Source of the DNA: Candidatus Latescibacterota bacterium
GTDB taxonomy: Bacteria > Latescibacterota > UBA2968 > GCA-2709665
Length of the DNA: 64,000 nt
Assembly: GCA_965222075.1 (NCBI GenBank)
Contig: OZ244937.1
Location: forward strand, 2,880,001 to 2,944,000
Direction of reading: 5' to 3'
Shown here: positions 58,120 through 64,000 of the stretch, in pieces
How the letters are laid out: each line of letters begins with the position of its first letter
How positions within the stretch are numbered: position 1 is the stretch's first letter
Made by a program: the position numbers and the translations under genes
Notes under the pieces: model-generated
Databases searched by the model: none
Told to the model about the DNA's origin: nothing
What the model saw: only the letters and a program-made list of their open reading frames with translations

Positions 58120-58554
58120 TTATTCCCGGGATCCTGCATCTTTCCCCCGCAGCGCGTCCAGTTCAGGTAAGAGTACAACGCTCTCCTGTTCATTGGGGTC
58201 GGTTCGGGCAATCACGGCGGTGCAGACTTCGGTCTTACTGGGATTGTACGGCAGGTGCGGCATACCGGCAGGGATATACAGGAGATCCCCGGCCCTGACG
58301 GTCAGGTGATCCTCCAGCTTCTCGCCATACCACATCCCGGCCTCGCCACGGATGGTGTAAACAGCCGTTTCGTGCGCTTCGTGAAGGTGGGCTTTGGCCC
58401 GTTCACCGGGGGGAATGGTCACCACCTGCATACAGATTCCCCGGGCTCCGGTATTGTCGGCCGAGATGCCCGCAAAATAGGTGAACGCCTGCTTGCCCCT
58501 GTACGTCTCCTCCGGGTGAATCACCCTGCAGGTCGGTTCAGGTTGCGTTGTCAT
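58120..58554 (-). CDS. Cupin domain protein
   Basis: HLHEAHETAVY, GDLLYIPAGMPH, ARTDPNEQESV. Confidence 0.92.
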   Translation of the reverse strand: MTTQPEPTCRVIHPEETYRGKQAFTYFAGISADNTGARGICMQVVTIPPGERAKAHLHEAHETAVYTIRGEAGMWYGEKLEDHLTVRAGDLLYIPAGMPHLPYNPSKTEVCTAVIARTDPNEQESVVLLPELDALRGKDAGSRE

Positions 58555-58613
58555 TTGAAACCTTCCTTTCACGTGTTCGGGCGCCCATCCCCCTCCAACT
58601 CCTGCGGGTCCCT

Positions 58614-58650
58614 CCGCAGAGACGCAGAGAACGCCGAGAAAGACGGAGAA
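58614..58650. repeat. 9-mer periodic intergenic repeat
   Basis: CGCAGAGACGCAGAGAACGCCGAGAAAGACGGAGA. Confidence 0.5.
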
Positions 58651-58657
58651 CCTCTTC

Positions 58658-61600
58658 TTACTCGACCTCCCACGGAAGCGCCGGCACAGGCTCTCCCCCA
58701 TACGCTTTTACAAATGTCCGAAACCCTTCCAGCCCGATCCGGCGCGTATTGTAGCGTTCCCGGTAAACCCGGTGCGCCTCATCGTCCGGATACGTCTCCG
58801 ACGCGGGATACGGATAGGCCGACATCGCGTGGAACGGCAGCGGCCCCACCCGGTCTCCCGTCACCGTATTCTTATCCGCGTCCTTGTCCCACCCGTCGCT
58901 CAAAAACAGAAAATCCCGCTCCCATCCCGGACGCAGCGGCGGCAGTGCCCCTGCATCGAACCGCACCGTCACCTCGTCTCCGGCCGTCATAATCACGTAC
59001 CGGTCGTCTGCAGCGGTGAGCAGCTCCGTCACATCCCCGTACCGGGTGGCCATCCCTTCCATATCCGGCCACAGTGGCAGGGAGACCCGCTGTGTGTAGT
59101 CGAAAAGGTGCGGCCCGTCTTCGGACGGCCGGTACATCCGGGAGAACCCCCCGTAGTGGAGGTCTGCCGACCGGGGCCCCAGCCGGGTGATCCGGTGCGG
59201 GGCTTCCGGCGCGGCATCGGTCAAGAACGCCTGGTCCCAGTAGATCTGATAATTTGTCCGGATCCGGACCCGCGCATCCGGCGCATACAGCGCATCGCCC
59301 AGATCCAGCATCACCCACTTATCCTTCCCCGTGGGCATCCCGAACGGCGCATCCAGTGTTTGCCAGCCCGATGCCGGGCGCCAGACCTCCACCACCGGCA
59401 GGCTCGGCACCACCGCCCTTCCCTGAGACATTGACACATTGATGCTCGTATCCGTCCAGAAAATCCAGCAGCCAATCGCCAGCAGCGGGTGGTCCAGCCC
59501 GCTCACCTCTCCGAAATAGAGCGTCAGCGCGTGCGGCGTCACAATCCCCTGGTAGCGCGACGGCCGCAGCCTTTCTGGATACCGGTGGTCGAACCCCAGC
59601 AACCGCTCCGTCACCTCCCGGCCTCTCGAATCCTCTGCCCGCACCGGAGATACCCGCCCCCGGGTCAGAATCGGACGCGGAGGCGCGTACGGGGGCGGCA
59701 GGAACCGCTGGTCTGTAAATACCTCGACTCCGGGCGGATGGTCCACAACCCACAGCCCCACCTCATCCAGGTAAACCGTCTCCCACAACTCCTCGGTAAA
59801 CTGGAAAACGTAGTCCCCGTCCCGCACGGCGATCCGATCGCTTGGAACCGTCATCAGCTCCCGGGGGTTGTGGGGCGCAACCACGCCCTCGGCCACCTGG
59901 AGGCCCAGCGGCGACGCCCCCAGCAGATCGGTCACAAAGGCGAACCGTTCTCCGTCCCAGCAGTAGAGATAGGGGCAGGATCCCTTCAAAGTCTGGACCT
60001 CTGTGATCGTCTGGTCCGCCGATGGGCGCAGCACGTTTTGCGGCACCCCGTTGCTCCAGGTCACCCGCATCAGATCCGCCTGCGCCTGTTTCCCCAGCCC
60101 GAAATGCGTCACCGGAGAGCGCACGACCTGCATCTGGTAGTGCAGCCCTGCCTTGATCTCCACCTTGCTCCCGACCCCGTGCAGGTTGTTCTTGGTCCCA
60201 CCCGTGCGCAGTCCCTTCAACCGCACGCGCAAAAAGTGGTGGGCGTTCCCCCCTTCGTTGCGCCAGCCCCGCAGCTGCCCCGCACCGTCTAAGGCCAGCA
60301 GGTCCAGGTCGCCGTCCCCGTCCAGGTCCACCCCCAAAAGCGCCACACACCCCCGCAGCGGCAGCGGCAGCGACCGGACCTCCCAGCCACCGTCCCCCCG
60401 GTTGCGCAACACCGCCAGCGCCGGGCCTCCATTCCGGGTGCCGGCCACGGTCAGGTCCGTCCACCCGTCGTTATCGAAGTCGAACGCCGTCAGCGCCCGG
60501 ACCGAGACCCCATCCACCGCGACCTTCACACCCGGAGCGAACCCCTTTCCCGTATTGTACTGTATCCACACCGAACCTGCCCGGCCCACCAGCACAAGGT
60601 CCAGCCGTCCGTTGTTGTCCAGGTCGGCGGCCAGCACGGACCGACACGCCGTGGTATCCAGCCCCCGCGCCGCCTCGACAAACCGCCCCTGGCGCAGGTT
60701 ATCGAACAGGCGGAGTCCTCCGGCGTCTTCCACCCCCAGCAAGTCCACATCCCCATCGTCGTCGTGGTCGAACGCCGCGACCTGTGCGATCCCCCCATCC
60801 AGTCCCGACAGCCCTGCCTGCTCGCTCACCTCCCGGAACGTCCCGTCCAGACGGTTCTGCCAGAGCCGCACCCCCTCCTTCGACCCCGTGCAAAAATCCA
60901 GATCCCCTTCGTTGTCCGCATCCACCAGCTCCACCGTCCCACCCGGCTCCGGAGACAGCCCTGCAGGCGCCGTGACATCCTGCCACACCCCCGTCGAGTC
61001 CCCCCGCAGCAGGCGCAGCCCACCCCGTCCCACCGCAACCACGTCGAACACCCCGTCGTTGTCAAAATCCACAAACCGCGTCCCCGCAGCCGGCCCTGCG
61101 ATCTCATCCGGCAAAACCGAGACCCACCCCCTGCCCTCTCTGCGCCAGAGCCGCAGCCCACCCCGCTCCCCATCGGAAAACCCCACCAGCAGATCCTCAT
61201 CCCCGTCCCCGTCCACATCGGCGGCATCTATGCTCCCAACGGCCTCTGCCCCCCGCACCGCCACCGGCCCGGGCGCCGGAAGCGCATCCCTGTCGAACGG
61301 AACAAAGCGAACCCGAACCTCCGGCGGACGCTCTCGCTTCAGACCCTCGTCAAAGGATCGGCTGAACCGGACCAGGGGCAGTCCCACCACCGGCTGCTGC
61401 ACCTCCCCTAAGGCCTGTTTGTAGCGGGGCGTGGGGCGCAGCACGTTCTCCAACACCGTAAGCCCCCGCCGTATCCCCTGCGCATCTCCGGCCGCCAGCG
61501 CCTTCTCGACCCCATCCAGCACCCTGCGGGGCATCGCCATATCCAGCACCGCCGGCCGCAGCACCTCCAGCCCCCGCGCCGCCCCCTCCGGATTCCCCTG

Positions 61601-62128
61601 CTCGGCCTGAAACCGGGCGTACTTCACTGCAACGGCCAGATTCTGAGGCGCCAGCTCAAACAGACGGTCCATCTCCCGGGCGGCAATCGCCAGCGCCCCG
61701 GGATCTCCTTTCTGCGCAACCGCCGCGCGGTAGAGCGCGTAGCACGCCACCTGGTCTTGCGGCCGAACCCGCAGCGCCTGCCCAAGCGTCGCCATCGCCA
61801 TCGTCCGGTCTCCCTCCCACTGCTGCACCTCGGCCACCAGCAGCAGCACCCCCACGTTCTCCGCCTCCCGCTGCCGTGCCCGCTCCAGCCAGAACGCCGC
61901 CGAATCGGCCTGCCCCATCCGCAGGTAAGCCAGCCCCAGGTTCGCGTACCCCAGCGCCTCTCCCGGCGCTGAAGCGATCACCTGCGCAAACGCCGCGGCC
62001 GCCTCCTTCGGCTGCTCCTGCTCTAAGTAGGCCACCCCGAAATTCTTCTGCCGCTCCGCCTCCAGGCGCGAAAGCTGCGCCCACGCCGGGCCACTCCCCC
62101 CCCAAAAAGCCAGCATGGACAGGATCAA
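58658..62128 (-). CDS. Secreted TPR + FG-GAP + ASPIC/UnbV protein with C-terminal extension
   Basis: N-terminal TPRs, many DxDxDG loops, HFGLG...W, KGSCPYLY, GWDKDAD. Start uncertain; ORF open to 62302. Confidence 0.88.
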   Translation of the reverse strand: MILSMLAFWGGSGPAWAQLSRLEAERQKNFGVAYLEQEQPKEAAAAFAQVIASAPGEALGYANLGLAYLRMGQADSAAFWLERARQREAENVGVLLLVAEVQQWEGDRTMAMATLGQALRVRPQDQVACYALYRAAVAQKGDPGALAIAAREMDRLFELAPQNLAVAVKYARFQAEQGNPEGAARGLEVLRPAVLDMAMPRRVLDGVEKALAAGDAQGIRRGLTVLENVLRPTPRYKQALGEVQQPVVGLPLVRFSRSFDEGLKRERPPEVRVRFVPFDRDALPAPGPVAVRGAEAVGSIDAADVDGDGDEDLLVGFSDGERGGLRLWRREGRGWVSVLPDEIAGPAAGTRFVDFDNDGVFDVVAVGRGGLRLLRGDSTGVWQDVTAPAGLSPEPGGTVELVDADNEGDLDFCTGSKEGVRLWQNRLDGTFREVSEQAGLSGLDGGIAQVAAFDHDDDGDVDLLGVEDAGGLRLFDNLRQGRFVEAARGLDTTACRSVLAADLDNNGRLDLVLVGRAGSVWIQYNTGKGFAPGVKVAVDGVSVRALTAFDFDNDGWTDLTVAGTRNGGPALAVLRNRGDGGWEVRSLPLPLRGCVALLGVDLDGDGDLDLLALDGAGQLRGWRNEGGNAHHFLRVRLKGLRTGGTKNNLHGVGSKVEIKAGLHYQMQVVRSPVTHFGLGKQAQADLMRVTWSNGVPQNVLRPSADQTITEVQTLKGSCPYLYCWDGERFAFVTDLLGASPLGLQVAEGVVAPHNPRELMTVPSDRIAVRDGDYVFQFTEELWETVYLDEVGLWVVDHPPGVEVFTDQRFLPPPYAPPRPILTRGRVSPVRAEDSRGREVTERLLGFDHRYPERLRPSRYQGIVTPHALTLYFGEVSGLDHPLLAIGCWIFWTDTSINVSMSQGRAVVPSLPVVEVWRPASGWQTLDAPFGMPTGKDKWVMLDLGDALYAPDARVRIRTNYQIYWDQAFLTDAAPEAPHRITRLGPRSADLHYGGFSRMYRPSEDGPHLFDYTQRVSLPLWPDMEGMATRYGDVTELLTAADDRYVIMTAGDEVTVRFDAGALPPLRPGWERDFLFLSDGWDKDADKNTVTGDRVGPLPFHAMSAYPYPASETYPDDEAHRVYRERYNTRRIGLEGFRTFVKAYGGEPVPALPWEVE

Positions 62129-62156
62129 TACCCTACCCCCCAATTTCGGAATCCTT

Positions 62157-63953
62157 TTACCGTCCTGAAAAGGGAATCCTCTCAACAATTCCTTTCCCCT
62201 CCTCAACCACATAGGTCGCCCCCGCCTCAAGCCCTTCTGAGGTCTCAACACGCCCCTCCGGCCACCGGACGGACAGCCGGTCCACCCGGGTGCGCGCTCC
62301 AAGACCGAACGTTAGCGTCGTCTCACTCTGGCTCAGGTACGATGAACCGGTACGCACCATCGCCCGCTGTTCCAGGTCTCCGGCCACAGCGGTCACCACC
62401 GCCCCCAGCGCCTGCCGGTTTGGAGCCGCCCCGCGCAGATGCACCCGCACGGCCCCCCCGGCGGGGCCCTCGTTGCGCATCAGCACGGCCGGACCGCCGT
62501 TCGCCGCCAGCACCAGATCCAGATCTCCGTCTCCATCCACATCCCCATATGCCAGCCCCCGCCCCACAACCCGCAGGGCAAACGCATTGCCGCTTTGATC
62601 GGTCACGTCCTGGAAGCGTCCTCCTCCATCGTTCCAGAACAGCTGCGTCTGCTGCGCATACGTAATCTCCTTCTGGACGCGGTTGATCTCCGGTTCCAGG
62701 TGCCCGTTGGCCAGAACGAGATCGAGGTAACCATCTAAATCGTAATCAAAAAAAAGTAGCCCGAACGTCAGCGGCAGCAGGGTCGACCGGGCGATCTGCC
62801 GCCTCCCCGCCTCGTCGATAAAGAAATCCTCCCACGACTGGCGATAGAAAGAGACCGGCTCCCGGCTGAAATTCCCGATGGCGATCGCCAGTTTCCCATC
62901 ATTGTCCAGCGACCCCACATCCACCCCCATCCCGGCCCGCGCCCGCCCCGCTTCATCGTAGGCGATCCCGGACGCCAGCCCGACCTCTTCGAAGGTCCCA
63001 TCTCCCCGGTTGCGATAGAGGAAGTTCGGCTGCGTATCGTTGGTCACCACCAGATCCGGGTGGCCATCGCCGTTGAAGTCCGCCACCGCCACCCCCAGCG
63101 ACTTCCCCTTCGGATTGTAAACGCCCGCCCGCTTTGTGACTTCCTCAAACGACCCGTCCCCCCGGTTGCGATACAGCCGGCAGGTCGAGCCCTCGTACGG
63201 CTGGGGCGTCGCGTACGATTTGTTCACCCCATCGATTGTGGTAAACAGATCGGTCTCCGGCGACCACCGGACATAGTTGCAGACAAACAGATCGATCCAG
63301 CCGTCCCCGTCCACATCCACCCAGGCCGTCCCCGTAGACCACTCCGGGGATTCCTTTCCCCCCTCGGACCGCCAGCGCCCCCCTGCCACGCCCGCCCGTG
63401 CCGTCGCATCCTCGAACCGCCCGCCCTCGTTTTGCAGCAGCCGGTTTTCCCCCACGGCCGTCAAATAGAGATCCAGGTCCCCATCCCCGTCATAGTCTCC
63501 GGCGGCGCAGCCCATCCCATACAAAGAGAAAGAAAGCCCTGCGCTCCTGGTCACATCCTCAAAGCGCCCATCCCCCCAGTTGCGGTAGAGCCTGGACGTC
63601 GGAACCGATCCTGCCGCGCCGGACCAGGGCGTCCCGTTGATCAGCAGGAGATCCAGGTCCCCGTCCCCGTCGTAGTCGAACAGGGCGCACCCGCTCCCCA
63701 TCGACTCGGGCATCCACTTCTGGCCAGAGGCCCCGGTCTCGTGTCGGAAATCGATCCCGGCCTCTTCTGTAAAATCGGAAAACGTAATCGGAGGAGGGCT
63801 TGGCCGCTCAGAAACGCGGACCGAATCGGAAGGAAGTTGGATATACGCGGAAGTATCGACTTCGGTCACCGGCGGCTCCCGCTCGCAGGCGAACAGCATG
63901 CAACAGGCGGACAGGAAAAAGATGGCGAAGCGAAGGCAACCCGGCGCAATCAT
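62157..63953 (-). CDS. CRTAC1-like FG-GAP + ASPIC/UnbV (lipo)protein
   Basis: Lipobox-like LFAC, ESMGSG, DYDGDGDLD repeats, SSYLSQS, FGLG, VRWP. Confidence 0.92.
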   Translation of the reverse strand: MIAPGCLRFAIFFLSACCMLFACEREPPVTEVDTSAYIQLPSDSVRVSERPSPPPITFSDFTEEAGIDFRHETGASGQKWMPESMGSGCALFDYDGDGDLDLLLINGTPWSGAAGSVPTSRLYRNWGDGRFEDVTRSAGLSFSLYGMGCAAGDYDGDGDLDLYLTAVGENRLLQNEGGRFEDATARAGVAGGRWRSEGGKESPEWSTGTAWVDVDGDGWIDLFVCNYVRWSPETDLFTTIDGVNKSYATPQPYEGSTCRLYRNRGDGSFEEVTKRAGVYNPKGKSLGVAVADFNGDGHPDLVVTNDTQPNFLYRNRGDGTFEEVGLASGIAYDEAGRARAGMGVDVGSLDNDGKLAIAIGNFSREPVSFYRQSWEDFFIDEAGRRQIARSTLLPLTFGLLFFDYDLDGYLDLVLANGHLEPEINRVQKEITYAQQTQLFWNDGGGRFQDVTDQSGNAFALRVVGRGLAYGDVDGDGDLDLVLAANGGPAVLMRNEGPAGGAVRVHLRGAAPNRQALGAVVTAVAGDLEQRAMVRTGSSYLSQSETTLTFGLGARTRVDRLSVRWPEGRVETSEGLEAGATYVVEEGKGIVERIPFSGR

Positions 63954-64000
63954 CCACCCCCTCCCGCCCCCGGCCGCCTTCTCTTCGGGACCTGGAGGCC

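Noticed and set aside
56688-58309. Long overlapping ORFs (417 and 525 aa)
   Set aside because: Alternative-frame shadows of the Nramp-like gene.

Overview
GC-rich bacterial chromosomal window, mostly housekeeping and metabolic genes. DUF6785-like, GWxTD, ASPIC/UnbV and S55-peptidase genes suggest an uncultured diderm such as Latescibacterota or another FCB-type lineage; this is inference only. Order: secA <- collapsed phosphoesterase remnant <- nusB-ribH-ribBA-ribE-ribD <- beta-propeller protein <- SpoIVB/S55-like peptidase; a structured intergenic region; a Gfo/ThiO-like/amidase/TPR/DUF6785 run; MBL-Uma2-pepA; epmA; a frameshifted SDR; modBC; gltB; an LLM monooxygenase; transketolase; a pabB-pabC fusion; a creatininase/PTE/FGGY kinase/PhyH operon; a lower-GC patch (~51.7-56.7 kb) with an IS4 remnant, a GWxTD gene and a MITE-broken FG-GAP gene; an Nramp-like transporter; a cupin; and two ASPIC/UnbV genes. 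No rRNA, tRNA or CRISPR array was seen. Best leads: (1) a candidate ~340-nt promoter-and-terminator-bounded structured ncRNA with a convergent antisense promoter (11.76-12.10 kb); (2) a circularly permuted SpoIVB-type protease paired with a secreted propeller protein; (3) several genes collapsed by internal deletion into motif-only minigenes; (4) a putative sugar-lactone catabolic operon; (5) a Cys/His insert in SecA; (6) apparent absence of CTAG with excess TTAG. All family assignments come from motif recognition by eye; no database searches were run.
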